Assembly (NCBI GenBank): GCA_040004125.1
Contig: JBDUBL010000002.1
Coordinates: 5,338 to 69,337 of the forward strand
Length of the DNA stretch: 64,000 nt
DNA from: Actinomycetota bacterium
Lineage (GTDB): Bacteria > Actinomycetota > UBA4738 > HRBIN12
Direction of reading: 5' to 3'
The notes beneath the pieces are model-generated. The model did no database searches, was not told where the DNA came from, and was given only the letters and a program-made list of their open reading frames with translations. This document shows positions 18,235 through 27,423 of the stretch, piece after piece (position 1 is the stretch's first letter; each line of letters begins with the position of its first letter). A program made the position numbers and the translations under genes.

Positions 18235-19482
18235 ATGCGTCACCCGAAGGACTTGTCCCGCCGGCAGTTCCTGACCCGGGCGGGGGGCGCCGCGATCGCG
18301 ATGCCCAGCCTCGCTGCCATCCTGGCCGCCTGCTCCAAGCCCGGCAGCACGGGCCCCAGCGGCGGCGCCTCCGAGATCCCGATCGCCACACTCGAGAACC
18401 CGGTCGAGCTTCCGATGACCAGAGACCCGATCGCGGCCAATACGCCGCTCGAGTCGGGACCGCTCGTGCTCTACAACTGGGCGGACTACATCTGGAAGCC
18501 CGTCGTGCACCAGTTCGAGGATCAATTCGGCGTGAGCGTCGAGATCACGGAGTTCAACAACCTGGAAGAGGGCATCCAGAAGGTCGCCAACGGTCAGGTG
18601 TTGGCCGACGTGTTCGTGCCGACGCCCGGCTACCTCCGACGGCTCGTGGGGAAGGATCTCCTCCAGCCTCTCCAGCAAGAGCTCGTCCCCAACATGCAAG
18701 CGAACGTCTGGCCGAGCTACTACAACCCGGGGCCTTACTACGACCTCAGTTGGAACTATTCGGTGCCCTACACGATCTACACATGGGGCGTGGCGTATCG
18801 GCGCGACCGGCTGAGCGATGAGGAAGCGGCGAGCCAGGGCTGGGATGCGTTGTGGAACAGCGACTACAACGGCGAGATCAGCCTGTATAACTCCTACGGC
18901 GACACGATCGCCGTCACGGTTTTGCGCAACGGAAGCCTCGACGTGAACACCGGTGACCCCGCGCTCATCGAGGCCGCGAAACAATCGATCCTGCAGACGA
19001 TCAACGACAACAAGGCGCGGCTCACGATCAACGGCGTGTATGCCAAGTTGCCGGCGGGCGACATCACCGTCGCCGAGGCGTGGTCCGGCGACATCGTCGG
19101 TGGCCAGTGGTACCTGCCAAAGGACGTCGGCACAGACGTCTTGGGCTTCTGGCGCCCGCCGACGGGGCAGACGATGATCGGCAACGACCTCCTCACCATC
19201 CCCTCCGCCGCCAAGAGCCCGCGTCTTGCACATGAGTTCATCAACTTCATGCTCGACAAGAAGCACGGGACCGACAACTTCGTGAACTGGAACGGTTATC
19301 AGCCACCGTTCACCTCGATCGATCCGAGCACGTTGATCGCCGACGGAGTCGTGCCTGAGAACCTCGCCGCCGCGGTCGTGACCGAGGACATGTTCAAGAA
19401 GGACCTGACGCCCTACGAACTGACGCCCACGGTCGACCAGATGTGGCTCGACGCGTGGACCGAGATCACCGCAGGAGCTTGA
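18235..19482 (+). CDS. PotD/PotF-family (polyamine-type) ABC substrate-binding lipoprotein with Tat signal
   Basis: Tat motif SRRQFL plus lipobox LAAC. The body resembles spermidine/putrescine-binding proteins. AGGAGGGG precedes the ATG. Confidence 0.8.
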   Translation: MRHPKDLSRRQFLTRAGGAAIAMPSLAAILAACSKPGSTGPSGGASEIPIATLENPVELPMTRDPIAANTPLESGPLVLYNWADYIWKPVVHQFEDQFGVSVEITEFNNLEEGIQKVANGQVLADVFVPTPGYLRRLVGKDLLQPLQQELVPNMQANVWPSYYNPGPYYDLSWNYSVPYTIYTWGVAYRRDRLSDEEAASQGWDALWNSDYNGEISLYNSYGDTIAVTVLRNGSLDVNTGDPALIEAAKQSILQTINDNKARLTINGVYAKLPAGDITVAEAWSGDIVGGQWYLPKDVGTDVLGFWRPPTGQTMIGNDLLTIPSAAKSPRLAHEFINFMLDKKHGTDNFVNWNGYQPPFTSIDPSTLIADGVVPENLAAAVVTEDMFKKDLTPYELTPTVDQMWLDAWTEITAGA

Positions 19483-19504
19483 GATAACCTCCCCGGAAAC
19501 AGCT

Positions 19505-20449
19505 GTGACCCCTGCGAAGGTGAAGAAGCGGCGGCGGCACTCCGCGCGAAAAGAGAAGAGCGGGGTCTGGTACCCGAAGTGGTACTGGCCGTCGTTCATC
19601 ACGCCCGCGACGGTGTTCCTGGCGTTCATGTTCGTGCTGCCGCTCTACGTCGTGCTGTCGGTTGCCTTCGGTACGGTGGACTTCGAGAACTTCGGGCTCT
19701 CCGTGCCGTACTACGCCCCGTGGTGGTGGTCGTTCAGCACGTTCAATCAGACACTGAGCAAGTTCTACGTCGGTAGCCACATCTATCAGGCACCGCTGGT
19801 GCGAACCTTCGAGTACGTCGTCTTCGCAAGCATCATCTGCCTCGTGGTCGGCTACGCCGTCGCCTACTACACCGCGCGATTCGCGACCAAGCACCGCGGT
19901 CTGATCCTGATCCTGCTCGTGTCGCCGTTCTGGATCAGCTACCTCATGCGCATCTACGCCTGGCAGGGACTGCTCGATCTCAACGGCCCGATCAACTGGC
20001 TGTTGCGCCCGGTCGGGTTCGGGAACACGAACTTCCTCGAGGGGAGGTCGATCACGGTCGTTCTCGGTCTCGTCTACGGCTACATCCCGTTCATGATCCT
20101 GCCGCTGTACGCGTCCTTGGATCGGATCCAGGAGAGCCTGCTGGAGGCGGGGCGCGATCTGGGTGGCAACGGCGCCCAGACCTTCTGGCGGGTCACCCTC
20201 CCGCTGTCGCGACCCGCCATCCTTGCCGGCATCGTCATCGTCACCCTGCCGATGTTCGGCGACTACTACACCAATGACCTGCTGGGGTCGACGAAGACGG
20301 CGATGTTCGGCAACCTCATCGCGCAACAACGCGAGGCGTCGGGCGGGGCAACCCGCGCGGCATCGCTTGTCCTCATCCTTTCGGTGATCGTGTTGATCCC
20401 GATGATGTATTACCTGCGCGAGACCCGGCGACAGGCGGAGCAGGCATGA
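19505..20449 (+). CDS. ABC transporter permease (PotB-like)
   Basis: Six-TM binding-protein-dependent permease with EAA-type loop EAGRDLGGNGAQTFWRVTLP. Confidence 0.8.
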   Translation: MTPAKVKKRRRHSARKEKSGVWYPKWYWPSFITPATVFLAFMFVLPLYVVLSVAFGTVDFENFGLSVPYYAPWWWSFSTFNQTLSKFYVGSHIYQAPLVRTFEYVVFASIICLVVGYAVAYYTARFATKHRGLILILLVSPFWISYLMRIYAWQGLLDLNGPINWLLRPVGFGNTNFLEGRSITVVLGLVYGYIPFMILPLYASLDRIQESLLEAGRDLGGNGAQTFWRVTLPLSRPAILAGIVIVTLPMFGDYYTNDLLGSTKTAMFGNLIAQQREASGGATRAASLVLILSVIVLIPMMYYLRETRRQAEQA

Positions 20450-21348
20450 GCGCCGCCGTCCAGAAACCGGTAAAGGCCTCCGGTGTGTCGGGCTATTTCC
20501 GCAATCCGTGGCGCCGGCCACGCTTCCTGCAAGCCACGACGATCGTGTACCTGCTCTGGTCGCTCCTGCCGGTCGTGATCGCGGTGATCTTCTCGTTCAA
20601 CGGGGGCCGCTCGCGCAGCGCCTGGCAGGGTTTCTCGCTGCACTGGTGGACCATCGACCCGAGCGACTCGCTGCTGCACGATGCTGCGATCCGCGCGGCG
20701 ATGCTCCAGACCTTCCGCCTGTCGTTCTTCACGGTCCTGATCGCCGTGCCACTGGGCACCCTCTTTGCGATCGGGATCGATCGGTGGCACGGCCGGCCCG
20801 CGCGTGCCGCCAACTTCACGATGCTTCTGTCGTTCGTGGTCCCCGAGATCATCCTCGGCGTCTCGCTGTATATCTTGTTCACGAGTCTGTTCCGCAGCGT
20901 GATCCAGCTCGGGACACAGGCGCAGCTTCTCGGCTTGATCGCCTATCAGATCAGCTATCCCGTGATCATCGTGCGCGCGCGGCTCTTATCGATCGGCCCG
21001 GAGTACGAAGAGGCTGCGATGGATCTCGGCGCGACCCCGAGCAAAGCGATCCGGCGGGTACTCCTGCCCCTGCTCGCGCCGGCCATCCTTGCCAGCGTCG
21101 CGCTGGTGTTCGCCGACACGGTCGATGACTTCGTCACCGTTGCGGCGCTGTCCGGAGCCGCCAACACAGAGACCCTCGCGCAGAAGATCTACTCAGCCGC
21201 TCGTGCGTCACCGACGCCCGAGGTCAACGCCGCAGCCACGACGATGCTGATCTCAACGATGCTTGTCATCGGTGGAGGGTTGATCTTCTACAAGCGGTTC
21301 AACCGCGGTCAGGACACCGGCGGCGCGGCAGACTTCGTCCAGTTATAG
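20446..21348 (+). CDS. ABC transporter permease (PotC-like)
   Basis: ATGA overlap with the preceding gene. EAA loop EAAMDLGATPSKAIRRVLLP. Confidence 0.8.
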   Translation: MSAAVQKPVKASGVSGYFRNPWRRPRFLQATTIVYLLWSLLPVVIAVIFSFNGGRSRSAWQGFSLHWWTIDPSDSLLHDAAIRAAMLQTFRLSFFTVLIAVPLGTLFAIGIDRWHGRPARAANFTMLLSFVVPEIILGVSLYILFTSLFRSVIQLGTQAQLLGLIAYQISYPVIIVRARLLSIGPEYEEAAMDLGATPSKAIRRVLLPLLAPAILASVALVFADTVDDFVTVAALSGAANTETLAQKIYSAARASPTPEVNAAATTMLISTMLVIGGGLIFYKRFNRGQDTGGAADFVQL

Positions 21349-21363
21349 GACGGGAGGAAGGAC

Positions 21364-22491
21364 TCAGGTCTCCTCGAGCGAGACGTCGAGCTCGGCCTCG
21401 TCGAGGACCGCCGTGCCGCCCTCGGGCAGGACGCGAAGCGCCTCGCGCGGGAAGTGCACCGTGATGGCGTCGCCGGAGCGCTGGGGGTCACCGCCGCCCG
21501 TGTTGGGGGTCCATGCCTGGATCGTCTGTCCGGTGGCGAGGTGCAGGATCACCTGCAGCACAGAGCCGACGTAGACCGTGCGCTCGACCATCGCGGGCAC
21601 CCGGTTCTCCCCGGTCGTGCCCTGCGCCTCGATCTCCACACGCTCGGGCCGGATCGTAACTTTGGCATCCCCGACGGTGTCGGCGTCGCCCTGGCCGGCC
21701 ACCAACGAGAACTCGCCGACGGTGACCTTGCAGCCGCCATCGCCGACGCCGGCGGCCTTCGCGTCCATCAGGTTCGACACGCCCAGGAAGTCGGCCACAT
21801 AGGCCGTCGCCGGGGACTCGTAGATCTCTTTGGGCCCGCCGACCTGCTCGACCCGGCCCTGTGACATGACCGCGATGCGGTCCGACATCGTGAGGGCCTC
21901 TTCCTGGTCGTGGGTGACGTAGATGAAGGTGATCCCGACTTCTTCCTGGAGCGCCTTGAGCTCGATCTGCAGGCGCTTGCGCAACTTCGCGTCCAAAGCG
22001 CCGAGCGGCTCGTCCAGCAGCAACACTTTCGGATTGAGGATCAGGGCACGTGCCAGCGCGACGCGCTGCTGCTGGCCGCCCGAGAGCTGATTCGGCCGGC
22101 GCTTCGTGAAAGGGGTCATCTGCACGAGCTCGAGTGCATTGCCGACCCGTTCGCGGCTCTCGTCCTTGGATGCCTTCTGGTACTTCAGACCGAAGGCCAC
22201 ATTTTCCTCAACGGTTAGGTGCGGGAACAGCGCGTAGTTCTGAAACACCGTGTTGACGTTGCGCTTGTGCGGCGGGGTCTGCGCCATGTCGACGCCGTCG
22301 AGCAGGATCTGCCCCTCGGTGGGCCGCTCGAACCCGGCGATCATCCGCAGCGACGTCGTCTTGCCACAACCCGACGGGCCGAGCAGCGAGAAGAACTCGC
22401 CGGATGGCATCTCGAGGTTGACCCCGGCGACCGCGGTGAAATCACCGAATCGCTTCACCAAGTCGACGAGTTGGACCTCTCCGCCTGCCAT
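21364..22491 (-). CDS. ABC transporter ATP-binding protein (PotA-like)
   Basis: Walker [10 protein letters not shown], signature [15 protein letters not shown], Walker B LLLDEP, and a C-terminal TOBE-like domain. It is convergent with the permease genes. Confidence 0.85.
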   Translation of the reverse strand: MAGGEVQLVDLVKRFGDFTAVAGVNLEMPSGEFFSLLGPSGCGKTTSLRMIAGFERPTEGQILLDGVDMAQTPPHKRNVNTVFQNYALFPHLTVEENVAFGLKYQKASKDESRERVGNALELVQMTPFTKRRPNQLSGGQQQRVALARALILNPKVLLLDEPLGALDAKLRKRLQIELKALQEEVGITFIYVTHDQEEALTMSDRIAVMSQGRVEQVGGPKEIYESPATAYVADFLGVSNLMDAKAAGVGDGGCKVTVGEFSLVAGQGDADTVGDAKVTIRPERVEIEAQGTTGENRVPAMVERTVYVGSVLQVILHLATGQTIQAWTPNTGGGDPQRSGDAITVHFPREALRVLPEGGTAVLDEAELDVSLEET

Positions 22492-22572
22492 CGCGCGCGG
22501 AGCATACCGCGGGCCAACCCCTGCAGGTCAACCGGTACCGGCGGAGGGCTGAACCTGGCATCATGTCGCTTC

Positions 22573-23339
22573 ATGCAGCAACCACCCCCCCACGCGTCAA
22601 GCGCGGATGCATCGGTGGAGCGCCGCCGCATTCCTGCGCTGCTGACCGGTTACTGGGCCTTCGGGCAGTACTGGGGTATCTGGGTCATCCTGGTCGTGCA
22701 GATCCAGCGGTATCACGATCTCAGCTTCAGCGAGATGGGACTGCTGCTGGCACTGCTGTCGCTGGTGGCGATCATCGTGATGGCGTTCGTCGCTCCGCGC
22801 CTCGCTCGATTCCCGCTGGGAGCCCTGTGCGCATCGGGCTTGCTCGCGCTTGGCACGGGCTCGCTCGGGATGGCGCTGCTGCCGTCGTCGATGCTGTGGC
22901 TCGCGTTCGCGATCGCCGGCGTCGGCAACGGGTTGGTCGACGTGTTCCTGGACGCGTCTTGTTCGGTCTCGGTCGGCGCACGACGATCATGCTGTCGGGC
23001 TCTGGCGGGGTCATCGGCGGCGCGATCGCAACGTTGGCCACCGACCCCACACAGGTCGCCGTCGGGTTCCTGCTGATGGGGTTCTCGATCGCCGCGGCTG
23101 CCCCGGCCGGCTTTGGGCTCGTCGAAACGGTAGCACCCGACGACCAGACGAACGCGATCGCCGCGGTAACGACCGTCGGCTACTCCGGGTTCGTGTGGAG
23201 CCCGCCGATCTTCGCCTGGCTCGCGCAAGCGTTCGATCTGCGAGCCGCGATGGGGGTCATCGTGAGCGCCACGATCGGGATCCTGATCGCGGGCGCCCTC
23301 GCGCCGCGCGACCGCCCCGCGACGGTTACATCGCAGTAA
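22573..23339 (+). pseudogene. MFS transporter remnant (internal deletion plus frameshift)
   Basis: The N-terminal four TM helices are in the track frame 22219..23076 and end ...GVGNGLVDVFLD. The C-terminal four helices are in frame 22563..23339 and start FGLGRRTTIMLSG (loop 8-9-type GRR motif). The frame switches near 22950-22990. About 8 TM helices remain, where a 12-TM MFS of roughly 400 aa would be expected. Confidence 0.5.
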
Positions 23340-23343
23340 GGTC

Positions 23344-23871
23344 GTGCGCATGCGATGGCAAGCCGTCGTGGCCGGAGCGGCGCTCGCGGCCAGCATCGGG
23401 GGCTGCACCTCGGCGCCCGATCCGTACGCCGCCTACCGGCAGACGACCGTCCAGGACGTGCCCGGCACGTTCGACTGGCAATTGCAACCGGTTGACGAGG
23501 GGTTTCGGCCCACCATTGCGCCGCAGGACGCCTACGACCAGGTGTTCGAGGCCGGTCAGCGCCCCTATGCGATCGCGGTGCTCGCGCGGGTCAGCAATAC
23601 GGTCGACAATGGTGTCGGGCCGCCCGCATGGGTCTTCATCACGCCGCACATGTGCTTCGCGACGGCCAAGGGCGACCTCGTGTCGCCTGGACGCTCCGGC
23701 GACGGCTGCACCGACGAGAATCTCTACGTCCAAGGGGTCGACGCCTCGAGCGGCGAGCCGCTGGGCGGGTTCTCCGCGTTCGAACCGCCGGCCCCGTGGG
23801 TGCCCGCGCGAGCCGGGCAGCCGACGCCGGTCGTCGCAACGACTCAGGCCGGCTCTACCCTGCTCCACTGA
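23344..23871 (+). CDS. Hypothetical lipoprotein
   Basis: Signal peptide with lipobox ASIGGC. No recognisable family. The 3' end overlaps the convergent binding-protein gene by 28 nt. Confidence 0.6.
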   Translation: MRMRWQAVVAGAALAASIGGCTSAPDPYAAYRQTTVQDVPGTFDWQLQPVDEGFRPTIAPQDAYDQVFEAGQRPYAIAVLARVSNTVDNGVGPPAWVFITPHMCFATAKGDLVSPGRSGDGCTDENLYVQGVDASSGEPLGGFSAFEPPAPWVPARAGQPTPVVATTQAGSTLLH

Positions 23872-25112
23872 GAGAGCCATCGCGCGTCCTGGGACGGCCC
23901 GAACCCGACCAGCATCTGTCCCGCGGCGAACTCCTGCTCGGACACGATCGCCGAACGCAGGTTGGCGGGAACCGCGTCGTGCCAGCGGAACGAGGGGTCG
24001 GCGAACGCCTCGCGCGTGGCGCCCTCCATCGGCACCTGATAGCCGTTCCAGGCAAAATTATCCAACGCGACGTCGAAGCGCAGTAGGTGGTCCAGGAACG
24101 CGTGCGCCGCGACCGGGTTGCGACCCTGCGCGCAGATCGCGGTGAGGTCGAGGCCGACGACGCGCTCGGGGCCTGTGGGCGACCAATACCGAAGCGACGC
24201 CGCGATCGCCTGCGCGTCGCCGCCCTCCTGGGCAGCGTAGCGGGGCGCCGTCAAGATGTCGCCCGACCACGCTTGGTGCACCGAGAACGTGCCCTCGGGC
24301 AGGCCCTCTTCCGCGCCGTCGTCGGTGAAACGGGCGTTCGTCGCCGCCACCGCTTCGGTCAGGAAATCCGCCGCGGCCGAGAGCTCGGCGTCGGTGGCCG
24401 CGCCAAGATCCACGACGCCGGCGCGCTGCAGACCCAACGCCAGCGCCTCGCGGTACGCGTCGTAGATGCCGACCCGGTTGCGGTAGCGACTGTCGAGGAA
24501 GACCGCGAACGGATCGGCAAGGCGATCGGGCGCATCGGCGGGGGCCAGCAGGTCGGCGCGCCAACCGATGCCACTCGTGTAGACCGTGTACGGCGTCGTA
24601 TAGCGCTGGCCGGGGTCATAGAACGGCCCCTCGCCCGCGCGGAACCAGTTCCACAGGTTGCGGAGATGCGGCAGGTAATCATGGTTCAGCGGCCGCAGCA
24701 GGCTCGCATCGACCAAACCCGGCAGGACGTCGATCACCGGGAACACGACGTCGAAGTCGCTGGCGGGGTCCTGCAGGCGCGCGATGGCCTCATCGATGTG
24801 CGAGAAGCTCTCGACCTGGACGCGGAGTCCATGTTCGGCGTAAGCACGTTCGAACGCCGCGATCACCTCGGCCGACAGATAGTCCTTCCATTCGTAGACG
24901 CGCAGGGTGGCCCCGCGTTCGATCGGCAGGTCGCCGTCGAGCATCAACCCCGCATCGATCGGCAGCGGCTGCCCGAACGCCGACGCCGGTTGCGAACTGA
25001 CGGGGGCCGCGGTGCGGCGATCGCACGCCGCGGCCGCGGCGCCCGCCAGCGGGAGACCGACGGCCAGCAGCGCCGCGCGCCGCAGGAACGTCCGCCTCCC
25101 GATCGGCTCCAT
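23844..25112 (-). CDS. Second PotD/PotF-family substrate-binding lipoprotein with Tat signal (orphan, no adjacent permease or ATPase)
   Basis: MEPIGRRTFLRR Tat motif and lipobox AAAAC. It is similar in architecture to 18235..19482. Confidence 0.75.
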   Translation of the reverse strand: MEPIGRRTFLRRAALLAVGLPLAGAAAAACDRRTAAPVSSQPASAFGQPLPIDAGLMLDGDLPIERGATLRVYEWKDYLSAEVIAAFERAYAEHGLRVQVESFSHIDEAIARLQDPASDFDVVFPVIDVLPGLVDASLLRPLNHDYLPHLRNLWNWFRAGEGPFYDPGQRYTTPYTVYTSGIGWRADLLAPADAPDRLADPFAVFLDSRYRNRVGIYDAYREALALGLQRAGVVDLGAATDAELSAAADFLTEAVAATNARFTDDGAEEGLPEGTFSVHQAWSGDILTAPRYAAQEGGDAQAIAASLRYWSPTGPERVVGLDLTAICAQGRNPVAAHAFLDHLLRFDVALDNFAWNGYQVPMEGATREAFADPSFRWHDAVPANLRSAIVSEQEFAAGQMLVGFGPSQDARWLSQWSRVEPA

Positions 25113-25113
25113 G

Positions 25114-25398
25114 TCAGCCTTCTTCGATGACCCCGTCATGCCACTCGGGGTCCTCCTCCAACAGCGCTCGGATCTCCATATAGCGCTCGTTCTGCGCGGG
25201 GTCATCGGCGTTGGCGTCGTAGCTCGCCCGATCCTTGAAGATCACGAACAGCCACTGCGCGTCGCTGTCGTTCTCGGACAGGACGAACGAGCGAACGTAG
25301 CCGGGGATCGTCGAGCCTTCCATCTGTGCCGACGTCACCTTGCGCAAGGTGTCGACGTTGTCCGGCTTGACGCGCATCTTCGCGACGGTGCCGTACAT
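25114..25398 (-). CDS. Small ABM/Dabb-like (antibiotic-biosynthesis-monooxygenase fold) protein
   Basis: 94-aa frame MYGTVAKMRVKPDNV... preceded by a strong AAGGGAGG Shine-Dalgarno sequence. The fold assignment is by resemblance only. Confidence 0.55.
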   Translation of the reverse strand: MYGTVAKMRVKPDNVDTLRKVTSAQMEGSTIPGYVRSFVLSENDSDAQWLFVIFKDRASYDANADDPAQNERYMEIRALLEEDPEWHDGVIEEG

Positions 25399-25477
25399 GG
25401 TGCCTCCCTTCGAGCCGGAACCGCTCCGGCCGATGCCGACCAGCCTAGAGCGGGTCGTGCGATGGCGGAACCCCCGT

Positions 25478-26281
25478 TCAGGGCTCCAGGGGCGGCGGTT
25501 GCTCACCCATGCCCCAAGCGTCGGCGCCGCCGTCGATCACGACGGTTGTGCCGGTGATGTAGCCGCCGCCGGCCGATGCCAGGAACGCGATCGTGGCCGC
25601 GACCTCCTCGGGCATGCCCGCGCGACGCATGGGCACCTGCTCGGCGAACCCCTCCACCACCGCCTGACCGCCGTACTGCAGGATGCCCTCGGTCTGGATG
25701 ACTCCCGGGGCGACGCAGACCGCCCGGATCCCGAAGGTGGACCACTCGAGAGCGATCCCCGCCGCGAACGTCTCCAGCGCGCTGCGTGCCATCGACGAGG
25801 CCACGACCGAGGGGATCCCTCGACGGGGGCTGAAACCGAGGAACGCGATGAAGCCGCCGCGGTTCGGGATCATCCAGCGCGCCGCAACCAGCTGCGTGAG
25901 ATCCCACACCGCGTCGACGTTCAGCCGGTGCACGGCGCGGAGGCCCTTCAGGGGTGTCTGCGCCAGCGGCGCGGCGAACTGTCCACCGGCGTTGTTCACC
26001 AGGATGTCGACGCGCCCGTACCGCTGTCCGACCGCGTCGAGGAATCGGGCGACCTGCTCGGGCTCGCGGACATCGCAGGGAAGGGCGAGGCACGAGGCGC
26101 CAAGCGACCCAGCCACCTCGGCGAGCGGTTCGGGGCGACGTCCGCAGATCGCCACCGACCCTCCTGCCGCGACGATCGCTTGGGCCGTCGCGGCACCGAT
26201 CCCCGTGCCGCCGCCGGTGACGATCGCGACCTGCCCGGCGAGCGCGTCGGGTGCGATCGGTGAGCGGAAGCCCTCTACCAT
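25478..26281 (-). CDS. SDR-family oxidoreductase, PECR/2,4-dienoyl-CoA-reductase-like subgroup
   Basis: TGGGTGIG, LVNNAGGQF, and ...ARSALETFAAGIALEW..GIRAVCVAPGVI, as in trans-2-enoyl-CoA reductases. Confidence 0.8.
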   Translation of the reverse strand: MVEGFRSPIAPDALAGQVAIVTGGGTGIGAATAQAIVAAGGSVAICGRRPEPLAEVAGSLGASCLALPCDVREPEQVARFLDAVGQRYGRVDILVNNAGGQFAAPLAQTPLKGLRAVHRLNVDAVWDLTQLVAARWMIPNRGGFIAFLGFSPRRGIPSVVASSMARSALETFAAGIALEWSTFGIRAVCVAPGVIQTEGILQYGGQAVVEGFAEQVPMRRAGMPEEVAATIAFLASAGGGYITGTTVVIDGGADAWGMGEQPPPLEP

Positions 26282-27149
26282 GAGCGGGAGTATGCAGGAG
26301 TCGACGGTGATCGGGGCAGACGGTGTGCGCCTGGCGGTGCGCATCTTCGCCGGCCAGGACTCCGGCGTGCCGACCGCGGTGCTCCACCACGGCCTGGCCT
26401 CCAGCCAGCACATCTGGGACCTCATGGTTCCCGCGCTCTCGCGAACGTTCCGCGTCGTGACGTTCGACGCACGGGGACATGGTCGGAGCGGGAAACCTGG
26501 TGCCGGCTACGGCTTCGATCACACCGTGGCCGACACGTTGGCGGTGCTGCGCGCAACCCGCGCACGGCGTCCGGTGCTGGTCGGCCATTCCTGGGGCGCG
26601 ATGGTGGCGCTGGAGCTCGCAGCGCGACACCCACGCGCCCTCGGGGGCGTCGTGCTCGTCGACGGCGGGATCACGCGGATGCGTGACGGGTTCTCGAGCT
26701 GGCCCGAGGCGCGCGCCGCGCTGTCCCCGCCGCATCTGGCCGGCACGCCGGTCGCGGAATTCCGGGCGATGATCCCGATGTTCTTCGGCGATGCCGTCGA
26801 GGTCACTCCCGAGGTCGAAGACATCGTGCTGGCCGTGATGCGGGTGGGTGCCGACGGCACGATCCGGCCGCGGCTCCGCCGAGCGAACCACCTGCGGATC
26901 CTGCGCGCGATCTGGGACCAGGACACCCACGCCCTGCACACGAGGCTCCGCACGCCCGCGCTCGCGATCCTCGCGCGCGGCGGTGACGCCGAGTGGGACG
27001 CGCGGCGGCGCGAGGCGGTGACGACCCTGCGGGCAGCAGGCTCCCCAACCCGCACCGCCTGGTTGGACGGGATCCACGACCTGCCGCTGCAGCATCCGAA
27101 CGCGCTGGCTCGTCGGATCGCAGCCTTTGCGCGAACCGCCGTACGATAG
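26280..27149 (+). CDS. Alpha/beta-fold hydrolase
   Basis: HHGLASS oxyanion region, nucleophile elbow GHSWGA, and C-terminal GIHDLP His motif. Possible starts are ATG 26280, ATG 26292 or GTG 26307. Confidence 0.75.
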   Translation: MSGSMQESTVIGADGVRLAVRIFAGQDSGVPTAVLHHGLASSQHIWDLMVPALSRTFRVVTFDARGHGRSGKPGAGYGFDHTVADTLAVLRATRARRPVLVGHSWGAMVALELAARHPRALGGVVLVDGGITRMRDGFSSWPEARAALSPPHLAGTPVAEFRAMIPMFFGDAVEVTPEVEDIVLAVMRVGADGTIRPRLRRANHLRILRAIWDQDTHALHTRLRTPALAILARGGDAEWDARRREAVTTLRAAGSPTRTAWLDGIHDLPLQHPNALARRIAAFARTAVR

Positions 27150-27153
27150 AGCC

Positions 27154-27423
27154 ATGTTCGTGTTCATGCTGATCTTGATCCTGCTGGCGGTGCTGGGCGT
27201 GCTCGGGCTCGCATTGAAGATCGCGGCCGCGCTCGTGCTCGGCGTGCTGATCGCGATCACGACGCTGCTCGTGATCGGGTACCTCGTCGTTCGCCATCAG
27301 ATGCGCAAGGTGCAACGCCAGATCACCGACGCGCGCCCCACGGCGTCGATCCCCGCGACCACCGTCGAGATCGGCGAACCACGCCGGAGCCTCGAAGACC
27401 CGCCGGTCGACGACCGCTACTGA
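27154..27423 (+). CDS. Small two-TM membrane protein
   Basis: MFVFMLILILLAVLGVLGLALKIAAALVLGVLIAITTLLVIGYLVV followed by a charged tail. Confidence 0.55.
   Translation: MFVFMLILILLAVLGVLGLALKIAAALVLGVLIAITTLLVIGYLVVRHQMRKVQRQITDARPTASIPATTVEIGEPRRSLEDPPVDDRY

Noticed and set aside
25478-26281. SDR apparently lacking the catalytic YxxxK (reads S..MAR).
   Set aside because: The whole protein matches the PECR/2,4-dienoyl-CoA-reductase-type SDR subgroup (LVNNAGGQF, ...ARSAL...LEW..GIR..CVAPG), which naturally deviates from the classical tetrad. It is not evidence of inactivation.
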